A DNA stretch of 53,507 nucleotides from Okeania hirsuta (GCF_003838195.1 NZ_RCBY01000026.1:1-53507); one strand, 5' to 3'; numbered from the stretch's first letter, positions 23,153-33,212 are shown. Program-made: numbers and translations. The notes: generated by a model not told the origin, from the sequence alone.

Positions 23153-23317
23153 ATTAAAATACATTTTAAGACATAGTTGTTTAACTTCAGGGTGATATGC
23201 TTTGGGTTTAGGAGATTCAACAAATTGATGTCCACAGTCGTGACAACGATAAGATTGTTTTTGCCGACGAAAACCATTTTTCTTATAACGAGAAGATTGG
23301 CATTTGGGACAGTACAT
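23153..23317 (-). pseudogene. IS transposase N-terminal zinc-ribbon fragment (IS1/InsA-like)
   Basis: MYCPKCQSSRYKKNGFRRQKQSYRCHDCGHQF. After LKMY the reading frame runs into the MITE TIR. Confidence 0.5.
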
Positions 23318-23483
23318 TTTTTCTTGAGTTTGACAACAATTTTATTCTATAGCATTCTATATTCACTAACGCCTGAAAGTTTACATTAGGCATCTCCAAT
23401 AATCAAAAATAAAATCAATTATCATACATAAATCATCAATTATTTCCCCCTACTCCCTACTCCCTACTCCCTACTCCCTCTTT

Positions 23484-23489
23484 TCCGGA
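23484..23489 (+). promoter_or_regulatory. TCCGGA (DIF+-like heterocyst-promoter hexamer, part of TTCCGGAGATGTCTAT) about 75 bp upstream of the EF1A-like start
   Basis: Motif seen directly. The link to heterocyst-specific promoters comes from published Anabaena TSS work. Confidence 0.25.
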
Positions 23490-23559
23490 GATGTCTATTT
23501 TTGAGAGTTGAATAGAGTGTAAGATGGTTAATCAGTTGTTGAATATAACTAAGATTATT

Positions 23560-24957
23560 ATGGCTCAGTCTCTAAACGATCACCTTCACCTTTCTATCAT
23601 TGCATGTGGTCACGCTGGTTCCGGTAAGTCCACCACCCTATGACACTTGATCTACAAATGCGGCTCGATTACCAAGCGTCAGATATCTACGTTTGAGAAA
23701 GAGTCTCTTGAAATGGGAAAGGGGTCTTCCAAGTATGCCTGGGTCATGGATAGAACTCCGGAGGAACGCGAGCGAGGTATGACCCTAGAGGTGAACTACT
23801 GGAGAATAAAAACGGAGAAATATTTCTGCCATCTCATTGATGTTCCCCATGCCATTGATCAAGTGATTAGTGCGGCCTCCCAAGCTGATGCTGCGATACT
23901 CATGGTTGATGCCAAAAAAGGAAGCTTTGAAGCTGGCTATGCTATGGACGGACAAACTCGCCAACACGCTTTCATACTCTATTGCCTTGGTGTCAAGCAG
24001 CTTATTGTTGCTGTCAATCAGATGGATGCTGTTAACTATGACCAAGAGCGCTACAACGAGATTGTTCTAGAAATGAGTGAACTTCTCAAAAAAATTGGCT
24101 ACAATCCGAAAGCAATTAGGTTTATTCCTATCTCTGGATGGACAGGTGAGAACTTCTTGGAACCAGCAAGTAATATGAGTTGGTATCAAGGTACTCATAT
24201 TGAGATGATGAACAGGTACGGGAATTTGGTACGAGCTTCTTTTAAAACCCTCTTCGAGGCTATTAATACCTTTCTTCTACCTTCAGATGACTCTGGACCC
24301 ATGCGTACCTGTGTCTCTAGAGTATTTCAACCCGGGGACGACCATAACCTACAGATTGGTAATGGTCGATTTTCATTTATGGGACATGTTGAACGTGGAA
24401 TCCTTAAGCCGGGAGATGAAGTTGTCTTTTACCCCACTCACACCAACTCCAACCCTTGCACAGCTAGAATTACCAATCTAGAGATTAGCCATGAGGAGAC
24501 CACCTCCGCTAAGAAGGGTAACATTGTCAATTTTATTCTCGATGGTATTTCCCATGCTAACTCGCCCCATGTTGGTGATGTCATGGTTCATAAATCCGAC
24601 TCCTCTATTGGCAGGATTCGGAGCTTCCAAGCTCAGGTTATTGTGCAATCTCATTGTGGTTCGATTGAAGTTGGCTACCAGACCACAGTCCTTATCAATA
24701 GTGCCCAGGTTGTAGTCCGCCTCACTGCTATCGAGCGTCAACTAGATAGAAGGGGTCGCACCATCGCTGAGAACCCCGCTAAGATTGAGGAAGGAGATGG
24801 TGCCATTGTTACATTTGAAGTCCAAGAACCTTTAACGGCAGAGCCATTCAAGGATTGTTCAGGACTGGGTCGGTTGATTCTGATGGACGGTAATAAGAAT
24901 TCTGAGGGCGTTGCCAATTTAATAGTTGGTGTCATCCGAGAGGTTGAACGTGTTTGA
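23560..24957 (+). pseudogene. eEF1A/aEF1A-like (EF-1alpha family) GTPase with in-frame TGA at 23641-23643 and degenerate G3/G4 motifs
   Basis: Frame from the ATG at 23560 gives [39 protein letters not shown]... then GKGSSKYAWVMDRTPEERERGMTLEV..., ASQADAAILMVDA, QLIVAVNQMD, and domains II-III collinear with eEF1A. Confidence 0.7.
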
Positions 24958-24962
24958 CCTAC

Positions 24963-25020
24963 CCATTGACATCCTCTCCCGCTAAATCGAAGATTATAGC
25001 GGGAGATTCCCAAACATCGC
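24963..25020 (+). repeat. Hairpin-containing dispersed repeat (copy 2), directly after the EF1A-like stop
   Basis: See 7684-7745. Stem CCCGCTA/TAGCGGG. Confidence 0.6.
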
Positions 25021-25173
25021 TATTTGGGTTCCGGGTTTAAGTAGCAATTGTGCAAGAAACCCCGTTAAGGTATTTGCGATCGCGCTCTCCAATTAAACCT
25101 CTCTGAGAAAAAACCCTGAGACCCTTGATTTATCGTTATAAATTTCTGCACCAAATAAACTACAGTTTATTAA

Positions 25174-25448
25174 CAGGACTTACGCAAGGACACTATATAT
25201 GGTGCTTAGCGTTCAGACTATCTCTATATTGGCACTGCTTACTAGGTTCCTCTGAGCGATCGCCTGAACTCCAAAACATAACTAATAGATATCTCCGAAA
25301 AAGAATCTGAAATCCCTGTGTATAGGTAAAAATATAATTTCTAGAGATGTTTAATGGAATATTCACTAACATAGGCGATCGCACTTGATTTTTTAAGCGA
25401 CCGCCTAAATTGGTAAACTCTATATATAGTGTCTTTGCGTAAGTCCTG
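25174..25448. mobile_element. MITE, 275 bp, same TIR family (CAGGACTTACGCAAGGACACTATATAT ... ATATATAGTGTCTTTGCGTAAGTCCTG)
   Basis: Both TIRs read directly. ORF-track entries 25193-25600 and 25341-25541 lie inside it and are probably spurious. Confidence 0.8.
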
Positions 25449-25703
25449 TTGAATATAATCTTGACAGGATTTATCGCAGAAGGAACACAGAGTAATATAA
25501 TTCCCTTGATCATCATACAATGCGTAGGGGCGAATGGCCATTTGTGCTCCGCAAAGCTCCGAATGGCGCCCCTACAATATAGACTCTTAATCTTAAACAA
25601 TGCTGAATAACACTGATGCGACCAGATTTGAGATCAAACCCTTGTAGGAATGTTCCATGGAACGCCCCTACATTCTTTTTCGGAAGGAAAGCAAGTTGAA
25701 AAC

Positions 25704-27191
25704 CTACGAAGCACTTCCAATTACAATATCGCGCACCCGCACAGGTACACAACTATGAGTCATTTGAGCTATCTGCATCGGTTCCCCTTTCCCACAAATA
25801 TTAGTACCACACTGCTCCCTTTCTGCAACAGTTCCCACCGCATCAACACTATTCCAAAAATCTGTTGTCATCGAATGATAAGTCACATCTTTCAACATTC
25901 CCACAACTTTGCCTTTTTTCACCTGCCAAAAAGCATCTCCACCAAATTGAAAATTCCGTCGCTGTTGGTCAATAGAAAAACTACCAACACCATCAATTAA
26001 AATCCCATCTTCAGTATCAGCAATCATTTCATCTAAACTAGCAGTATGACTACCACCATCAGGACCCGCTTCTAACCCCAAATTCGGAATGCGTACCATC
26101 GGTACACTCGACCAACTGTCAGCAAAAGCACAACCATTACTACTACCACGTCCAAGTCGGTAAGCTGTTTCTCGGTCTGTGAGATAATCAACTAATATCC
26201 CATCCTTAACAACATACCATTCTTGTGACTTCACACCTTCATCATCATATCCCATGGTGCTACGACCCCCTGGTTGAGTGCGATCGCATTTAAAATTCAC
26301 CCAGGGAGCAGCATATTGAAGTTTACCCATTTTATCGGTAGTGGCAAAACTGGTACCAGCAAAATTAGATTCATAACCATAAACCCTATCTAATTCAGTG
26401 GGGTGTCCAACAGATTCGTGGATAGTTAAAAATAGATTCGTTGGCTTTAAAATTAGAGTGGAGCGAATATCCGCAGGTCCTTTGGGAGCATAAACTTTTT
26501 CAATTGCTTCCTCAGCAACTCGTTCTACCTGACTCAATAGATCAGTGGGGTTAATATGCTCATAACCAATATTCAAAGGAGGTCGTTCGTAACTGCGACT
26601 TTGAGCATCATTATTGGCAATAGCTGTGCAAGAAAACCCAGGATAGCTGCGGTAAATTGTTTGCTCAATTAGGGAACCATTTGTAGAAGCAAATATTTTC
26701 TCTTCTTTAGTAAACCGGAGAAAAGAAGCAGCTTTTTTCACTCCTCGCTCCTCATAACTCAATAATTTCTCATTCAAATTTAGAAGTAATTCTGCTTTTT
26801 CGCCAATGGGTACTGCAAAAGGATCAATTTCAATGGGAGTAACATAACTATCACGGTAGGTTTCCACAGGTACTAACTTTACAGGTGTTTGTTGACAGAG
26901 ACGACTACCCTTAGCAATATCTACTGCCAGAGCAACAACTCTAGCTACCTCTTCTAGACTTTGGCGATGACTGGCAGCAAAACCCCATGCACCATTGAGC
27001 AAAACTCTCACCCCAAAACCAGAATTGACCTTATCTTCTAATCTGTTGAGAGAGCGATCGCGAGCTGTTAAATTTTGAGAACGATAAATACATAAGCGAA
27101 TATCTCCATATTCACATCCGGACTGACGAATTAAGTCTATTGCGAAGGTAGCTAATTCTGTAGTTTTAATCTTTGCTGGTGCTTGTACCAT
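25704..27191 (-). CDS. tldD: TldD/PmbA-family metalloprotease (peptidase U62)
   Basis: 495 aa with N-terminal pattern and length typical of TldD. No PmbA partner in the window. Confidence 0.75.
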   Translation of the reverse strand: MVQAPAKIKTTELATFAIDLIRQSGCEYGDIRLCIYRSQNLTARDRSLNRLEDKVNSGFGVRVLLNGAWGFAASHRQSLEEVARVVALAVDIAKGSRLCQQTPVKLVPVETYRDSYVTPIEIDPFAVPIGEKAELLLNLNEKLLSYEERGVKKAASFLRFTKEEKIFASTNGSLIEQTIYRSYPGFSCTAIANNDAQSRSYERPPLNIGYEHINPTDLLSQVERVAEEAIEKVYAPKGPADIRSTLILKPTNLFLTIHESVGHPTELDRVYGYESNFAGTSFATTDKMGKLQYAAPWVNFKCDRTQPGGRSTMGYDDEGVKSQEWYVVKDGILVDYLTDRETAYRLGRGSSNGCAFADSWSSVPMVRIPNLGLEAGPDGGSHTASLDEMIADTEDGILIDGVGSFSIDQQRRNFQFGGDAFWQVKKGKVVGMLKDVTYHSMTTDFWNSVDAVGTVAEREQCGTNICGKGEPMQIAQMTHSCVPVRVRDIVIGSAS

Positions 27192-27319
27192 TCTATGTTA
27201 ATCTGAATTTTATCTAATTTATTTTATATAATGCACCATTTTTGTCCAAAATTTTAGTTTGTAGGTTGTAGGTTAATCAAAAATGATTGTAGATTTGAGA
27301 GAATCGTGAGGAGTTTGCT

Positions 27320-28786
27320 ATGCCTAATCAATATTTATCTCCAAAAAATCTGTTAAAATCAAAATTTTTATTAAAATTTATTGGATTAGTAGGAACACTG
27401 GTAATTAATTGGAGTTTTACTCGGCCAGTTTTTGCAGCCTTCTTAACAAACTGGTTTTTTGACCCAGACAATAATCAACTCCAGTTTACTCTCCCATCAG
27501 GTACAGCTCCTAGTTTTTCTTTAGAAAATAAACCAGCTCGTCTAATTGTATACATTCCCAATACAGAGGTTAGTGTAGATGTGACTGAGTTATATCCGGC
27601 AGGTTTGGTGCGCCGAGTTAGTCTTTCTCAAGAGCAACCAGAACAAGCAAAAGTTATTATAGATTTTGCTCCAGAAGTGGTTATCTCTAGCAAACAAGTA
27701 CAATTAGAACAAGTCGAACCACAGGAAAATAGTTGGCAGTTAAGTTTGCTTGTAGCTGAAGGGGAATTTTCAGAGCCAGCAGAGGCCATAATTTCAGGGC
27801 CGACTGAGCCAGAAAATACAGAATTAGAAAATGCTCAAACTACCAACCAACAGCTAACTGAGCCAGAAAATACAGAATTAGAAAATGCTCAAACTACCCA
27901 AGAAGAAGAAAATAATCAAACTTCTACTCAACCAAAGCAAGATAGTGTAGGTTTATTAGACACTGCTCCGGAACAAGAATCTCCTTTACCAAACCCAGGC
28001 CCTTCTGCGGAGCCTTCCGTACCATTTCTGGTCATTCCCACTGACAGGCCAGGTAGATTTAGATCTCCAATAGTAGATGCTTTTGATAATGAAAAGCCTG
28101 AAACGGAAACTTCTCAGGTTGTAGAAACACCGACACTTCAGACTAGAGAGGAACAAGAGACGGTTATTTCACTTCCTCCAGAGTCCAGAGAAAAATCAAA
28201 ATACAATACTACAGAATCAGTAGGTGTAATTACTTTTGGAGAACCTTTGCCGGGGTCATCGGGACAAAAACAATCTGAAGATGATTCTTCCATATTAATT
28301 GAGGAAGGAGAAGTTGTAGGTTTAATTTATCCATCTCAAGATGTTACATTACCACGAGATATTGAGATACAGGAAGTTTTGCTGCTCAAAGAGGCGATCA
28401 TTGACGAATCTGGTAGAGTTATAGTACCAGCTAGAACGCCTGTAGTTGGTGGTTTTGATACTACTACTCAGGGAAGTAAATTTATCGCCAGGGCTATATA
28501 TGTAGATGAGCGCTTAATTCCTTTTTCTGCTGAATCAGAATTACTCCGAGGCCATCGTAATATAAATGAAAAAGTTTTGGCTGCCAGTAGCGCTGGTGGG
28601 GGGTTAGGATTATTACTGCTGACGGGTTCAGGTTTTGGTTTTCTGGCAGGAGCAGCTCTTGGTGCTGGTAGTGTTGTTCTTACTTCTCCTCGTTCTGTTA
28701 CCCTAGAAGGCGATAATATCATAGAAGTTCGTGTAGTTGAGGATTTACCTCGTTCTAGGTTCTACGAAGATATTGGCAGTTTTTAG
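27320..28786 (+). CDS. AMIN-domain protein with acidic tandem repeats and a Gly-rich hydrophobic C-terminal segment
   Basis: N-terminal TM helix, then an AMIN-like block (NNQLQFTLPSG...ARLIVYIPNTEV...VIIDFAPEV). TEPENTELENAQTT appears twice. C-terminal GGGLGLLLLTGSGFGFLAGAALGAGS. Confidence 0.5.
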   Translation: MPNQYLSPKNLLKSKFLLKFIGLVGTLVINWSFTRPVFAAFLTNWFFDPDNNQLQFTLPSGTAPSFSLENKPARLIVYIPNTEVSVDVTELYPAGLVRRVSLSQEQPEQAKVIIDFAPEVVISSKQVQLEQVEPQENSWQLSLLVAEGEFSEPAEAIISGPTEPENTELENAQTTNQQLTEPENTELENAQTTQEEENNQTSTQPKQDSVGLLDTAPEQESPLPNPGPSAEPSVPFLVIPTDRPGRFRSPIVDAFDNEKPETETSQVVETPTLQTREEQETVISLPPESREKSKYNTTESVGVITFGEPLPGSSGQKQSEDDSSILIEEGEVVGLIYPSQDVTLPRDIEIQEVLLLKEAIIDESGRVIVPARTPVVGGFDTTTQGSKFIARAIYVDERLIPFSAESELLRGHRNINEKVLAASSAGGGLGLLLLTGSGFGFLAGAALGAGSVVLTSPRSVTLEGDNIIEVRVVEDLPRSRFYEDIGSF

Positions 28787-28833
28787 AGGTAGAGATATTT
28801 TCTACTCCCTACTCCCTGGTATAGTTAAATCAA

Positions 28834-29343
28834 CTAGAAGTTATTTTCAGGTGCATTCCCCCCAGGTCCTAACTGACCGGGCAAGAAAAGGTTTTGAGCA
28901 CTATCGTTTTGATAGATACAATTAATCTCTGGATCGTCATTAATATTTCCTGTATAACCAAAGGTATTCATGCGGTTTTTACAATCACGTACTTGCTCAT
29001 TGTTGACTAAGTTTCTTTTCTCTAGAATTGACCAGTTATTTCTGCGGATGACACACCCTGGTTTTATGTTTGGTTGAGATACATATACATTAAAAGGATT
29101 TAGAGTCAAGAAAACTCTCATATTCATTACCATAGCACTAGCTCCAAACTGTACACAAAGTTCTGGGTTTGGTACGCTGCGATCGATAAATTCACGAGAG
29201 GCCACATTTTGGGGAGTAAAGTTAGCGGTAGAGCTAAAGGCAATGCCAATGCCAATACCTAAAACAAATACTCCTCCTAAAATTGCTATAGTGGCATAGT
29301 TGAATCTAGATGGTTGGGTGGTAGTTTGAGGTCTACGTTTCAT
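28834..29343 (-). CDS. conserved hypothetical protein with one N-terminal TM helix
   Basis: 169-aa ORF with an Arg/Thr-rich N-terminus followed by a hydrophobic helix. Confidence 0.5.
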   Translation of the reverse strand: MKRRPQTTTQPSRFNYATIAILGGVFVLGIGIGIAFSSTANFTPQNVASREFIDRSVPNPELCVQFGASAMVMNMRVFLTLNPFNVYVSQPNIKPGCVIRRNNWSILEKRNLVNNEQVRDCKNRMNTFGYTGNINDDPEINCIYQNDSAQNLFLPGQLGPGGNAPENNF

Positions 29344-29855
29344 ATAAATAAAAGTTAAGTTATGGAGCTTAGGCTATAAACTAATAGTGGACGAGCTAAA
29401 TTTAGATTTTTACTTTCCTAGTTTGACAAGCAAGTATGTATAATTTTACCAGGTAGGTTATTTGTCCTTAAGTAAGCATAAATAACCATCAGTAAATTAC
29501 CTAATTTGGAAATTTTTTGATTAATACTATCATAATTCTCAAATTAGAACGATTAAGTCAAAATTTAAAGGTCAAAAGTCAGATAACCCCCTAGTTGAGT
29601 AATGTTAAGTTTTATGTTATAATATTTCCAATATATGCTCATAATTTTTGAGTGTAGGCCAAAATATATATCAAATAATATTTAGCTATATGTTTGTTTT
29701 CGGGTAAGTTCTAATGAGTTAGCATTCCTGAAAGGTAAAATATTTGGCAAATATTATTGAACAGAGTTAAGTATTTCTACTTTATGTCTAGCCTAAGCAT
29801 TGGTCTAGACTAATGTGTCTATGTCGTATTAGAATTTTTTAATCAGGATAGAGTA

Positions 29856-30143
29856 GTGTCTGTCGAGACTATAGAAAAGCGTTCCACTTCCACAGTCCGT
29901 AAACCTGCACCACGTTATCGTGTTTTACTCCATAACGATGATTTTAATAGTATGGAGTATGTAGTGCAAGCATTGATGAAGACAGTGCCGAGTCTAACTC
30001 AACCCCAAGCTGTCGATATTATGATGGAAGCTCACAGTAATGGTATTGCATTGGTGATTACCTGCGCTTTAGAACACGCTGAGTTTTATTGCGAAAATTT
30101 AAAAAATCAGGGACTAACTAGCACTATAGAACCTGATGAGTGA
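29856..30143 (+). CDS. clpS: ATP-dependent Clp protease adaptor ClpS
   Basis: YRVLLHNDDFNSMEYVVQALMK...QA...IM..AH core. GTG start. Confidence 0.85.
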   Translation: MSVETIEKRSTSTVRKPAPRYRVLLHNDDFNSMEYVVQALMKTVPSLTQPQAVDIMMEAHSNGIALVITCALEHAEFYCENLKNQGLTSTIEPDE

Positions 30144-30204
30144 TTTAATTGTAATATAGAAGCCGAGTTTCTACCTTGAGAAGCTCGGTTTCTCATTTGT
30201 ATAG

Positions 30205-31242
30205 GTGTTGGTAGTGCCTAATTTATCATTTGGCAAAATTGCAAAGTTTTCGGTTTCTATCAGAATAGGAATTTTTATTTTAACATTATTTCTGGGTTGG
30301 ATACCACTAGCAGCACCAATATATTTTTTTGGGCGAGATGCAAATTTAGCGAGTATATTGGCGATCGCTCTATTATATATAGAGTTTATTATTTTAGTCC
30401 AGTTTTGGGGAAAGAAAGTTTATCAACAACCACACCTACTACGTCACTACGGTTTAGAAATAAGTAGGGTCAACTTTCAGAATTTTTTTCAAGGTTTAGG
30501 AATAGGTTTAGTTAGTCTGTTTGGTTTTTTTATTTTAGAAACGTTTCTGGGATGGGTAATATGGCAGTCACCTTCAGCAAAGTTACCTCAATTTATTCTG
30601 GAAGGTTTATTGGTATCTGTGGGTATTGGTTTTGCTGAGGAGTTACTATTTCGAGGGTGGTTATTGGATGAGTTGGAGCGAGACTACAAACCAAAAGTAG
30701 CTTTGTGGGTAAGTAGTATTGTGTATGCCTTACTACACTTTATTAAACCAGTTGAGGAAATTTTGCGGATTTGGTTTCAGTTTCCTGGTTTGGTGTTGTT
30801 AGGTTTAATCTTTGTTTGGGCAAAACGTGGATCAGTTGAAGAAGGAAGAAGGAAGAAGGAAGAAGGAAGAAGGCATCCCCCCTTGCCCCCCTTTGAAAGG
30901 AAGAAGGAAGAAGGCATCCCCCCTTGCCCCCCTTTGAAAGGAAGAAGGAAGAAGTGGATGGTGACTCAAAACCCAACTAATTATCAACACCGTGTAGATA
31001 GCGGGGTATTAAACCCAAAAGAAAAAGATAAATTGACTTATTATCAACAACAATTATTGGGTTTGCCTATTGGTATTCATGCTGGTTTTGTGTGGGGTTA
31101 TTACATTATTAATGTGGGTGGTTTAGTTAAGTATTCTAGTGTAGTTGGAGAGTGGGTAGTTGGGATAAATGGTAATCCTTTAGCGGGTGTAATGGGGTGG
31201 TTATTTTTAGGGGCGATCGCTTTATTTATTCAGCGAAAATGA
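30205..31242 (+). CDS. CPBP-family intramembrane metalloprotease (CAAX protease / Abi domain) with an in-frame STRR insertion
   Basis: EELLFRGWLL and ALLHF motifs. Nucleotides 30841-30957 are a GAAGGAA heptamer array with a duplicated 45-bp unit. It encodes EEGRRKKEEGRRHPPLPPFERKKEEGIPPCPPLKGRRKK without breaking the frame. Confidence 0.7.
   Translation: MLVVPNLSFGKIAKFSVSIRIGIFILTLFLGWIPLAAPIYFFGRDANLASILAIALLYIEFIILVQFWGKKVYQQPHLLRHYGLEISRVNFQNFFQGLGIGLVSLFGFFILETFLGWVIWQSPSAKLPQFILEGLLVSVGIGFAEELLFRGWLLDELERDYKPKVALWVSSIVYALLHFIKPVEEILRIWFQFPGLVLLGLIFVWAKRGSVEEGRRKKEEGRRHPPLPPFERKKEEGIPPCPPLKGRRKKWMVTQNPTNYQHRVDSGVLNPKEKDKLTYYQQQLLGLPIGIHAGFVWGYYIINVGGLVKYSSVVGEWVVGINGNPLAGVMGWLFLGAIALFIQRK
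30841..30957. repeat. STRR heptamer array (GAAGGAA) with a duplicated 45-bp unit, inside the CPBP CDS
   Basis: Direct reading. Confidence 0.85.
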
Positions 31243-31653
31243 ATTGGTATAACCTAGAGGTAGTTATATCATGTCTGGATAATAGCGATCTGGAAAAAAC
31301 TTATCATCTTGCTTCAACAGTAAATCTTTATATTTTCCTTACTCTCCCCTAGGTTTAACGTTTCTTGTGATATTAAAGCTTCTAATATTATGTCCGGATA
31401 AGAGCGTGATAGAACTCCGTTCCGCTTACGCGACCAAAAAAACTTTCTCCTTTTCCTCCTCTTTTTTCTTGCCTCTTCCTTCTTTCTTCCCTCCTGACTC
31501 CTGACTCCTGACTCCTGACTTCTGAGGACTCCGTCATTTATTTATAACTATTCAACCGGACATGATATAACTTCAGAGTTCGGAATGGCCTCATATTATA
31601 TAATAGACATCTCCAGAAAATAAACTTGCTCTTTATTTAACATATCTAATATT

Positions 31654-33027
31654 TTATACAGTTGCAACAGAGGGAGGTTTTGTTTGTGACTGTATGCGTT
31701 TACCTTTCATCAACATTTTTACTCCACCCTTGGGTCCTAAAGTTAGTCCTCGACGTTGGGGTTTTACAGGTTGATTTTCTGCTAATTCCATCTCTAAATT
31801 CGATAATATAGTTGCCAATACCAAACGCATCTCGAAATTTGCTAGTGCCATTCCTAAACAGCGACGACTGCCACCTCCAAAGGGCAAGTATTGATATGGG
31901 GAAAACTGCCTCTCTAAAAATCGCTCTGGCTTAAACTTTTTCGGTTCTGAGTACAAATCTTCTCGTTGGTGAGTCAAATAAATAGAACCCTGAATCATTG
32001 TACCTGCTTCCAAGCTATAACCCTGCAACTCAATAGATTGTTTTGTCCGACGAGGAAATGTCAAAATTGCTACTGGATATATTCGTAAGGTTTCCTGACA
32101 AACTGCTGTAAGATAGGGTAAACGGAAAATTGTCATGGGATCAGCATCTATTTCCAGAGTTGTCAACTCTTCCATCAATTTTTGATATACCTCTGGTTGT
32201 TTGTGAACCCAATAAACTGCCCAAGCAATAGCAGTTGCAGTAGTTTCGTGACCTGCAACTAACATAGTTATCAGCTCATCCCGAATTTCTTGGTCTGTCA
32301 TACCTTGACCTTCTTCATCTCGTGCTAATAGCATTAAGGTAAGGATATCAGTACGATTCGGATCTAATTGAGAGCGACGAGTTGCTATTTCTGTATATAA
32401 AAGTTCATCAAGTTTTTGTTGTTGACACTTATACTTACCCCAAGGACTCCAAGGACCTAGATCCTTTTGCAACCAGGGAAAAAATAATAAACTAGCTCGG
32501 AGTGGAGAGGCTGTGAGTTCGATAAAATCTGCCAACATTGACCTAATTTGTGATAACCGGGGGCTATCATATAGACCAAATATAGCTTGGAGTATCACCT
32601 GAATCGTAATTTCTTGCATCAGCTTACGGGCAATAAATGTTTCACTCACTTTTAAGTTGCTGGCTGCTTCTTTCGTGATGTTACAGATTAACTCACCATA
32701 GTTCCGCATCCTGTCGCCATGAAAGGGAGGCATTAATAATTTGCGTTCTCGGCGGTGGCGATCGCCTTCTAAGGACAACATTGAGTATTCCCCAAAGAAA
32801 GGTTGTAAAATTTTACTACCAGGAGCTTCATACTCATTATTATCCTTTGTCAATATCTCCTGTAAAGCTTGTGGACTGCTGACCATTACAACTTTACCTG
32901 CAGCAGTTATCATGGTAAAAATATCTCCATACTTTTTGGCATAAGATTCAAGAGTATTGAGTGGAGCGAGAACCAATTGCAGTCTCTGAAAAAGCGGTGG
33001 TGTTTTTGGTCCTTTGATTAATTTCAT
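31654..33027 (-). CDS. cytochrome P450
   Basis: Heme-thiolate loop FGGGSRRCLGMALA; EXXR; AGHETT I-helix. Confidence 0.9.
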   Translation of the reverse strand: MKLIKGPKTPPLFQRLQLVLAPLNTLESYAKKYGDIFTMITAAGKVVMVSSPQALQEILTKDNNEYEAPGSKILQPFFGEYSMLSLEGDRHRRERKLLMPPFHGDRMRNYGELICNITKEAASNLKVSETFIARKLMQEITIQVILQAIFGLYDSPRLSQIRSMLADFIELTASPLRASLLFFPWLQKDLGPWSPWGKYKCQQQKLDELLYTEIATRRSQLDPNRTDILTLMLLARDEEGQGMTDQEIRDELITMLVAGHETTATAIAWAVYWVHKQPEVYQKLMEELTTLEIDADPMTIFRLPYLTAVCQETLRIYPVAILTFPRRTKQSIELQGYSLEAGTMIQGSIYLTHQREDLYSEPKKFKPERFLERQFSPYQYLPFGGGSRRCLGMALANFEMRLVLATILSNLEMELAENQPVKPQRRGLTLGPKGGVKMLMKGKRIQSQTKPPSVATV

Positions 33028-33212
33028 ATAGTTACTTGTGAATTTTTGGACTGTTTAATATTAGAAGTTAACAATAGCATTTTATCAGTTTTTTTGTCTC
33101 AAATTCAATGCCCTAGTGTTAGACAAATTTTTATGTTGGCGACTGCCGTTTGCGTAGCATTCTGTAGGAAAATAATTAATAATTAATTATTACCGAAAAA
33201 TTGTGGTATAAA

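Noticed and set aside
23641-23643. In-frame TGA in the EF1A-like gene as selenocysteine recoding, or in-frame stops as an alternative genetic code
   Set aside because: Eleven or more long housekeeping ORFs in the window terminate normally and contain no internal stops. The TGA replaces a conserved Gly, not Cys. No SECIS-like hairpin follows it.
23560-24957. EF1A-like gene as eukaryotic contamination
   Set aside because: It is only about 35-45% similar to canonical eEF1A, shares the local AT-rich composition, and is bounded by cyanobacterial MITEs contiguous with cyanobacterial genes.
25193-25600. ORF-track entries 25193-25600, 25341-25541, 5565-5774 and 45632-45829 as genes
   Set aside because: They lie wholly inside MITE or dispersed-repeat copies. 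Their shared peptide QDLRKDTI is just a translation of the MITE TIR.
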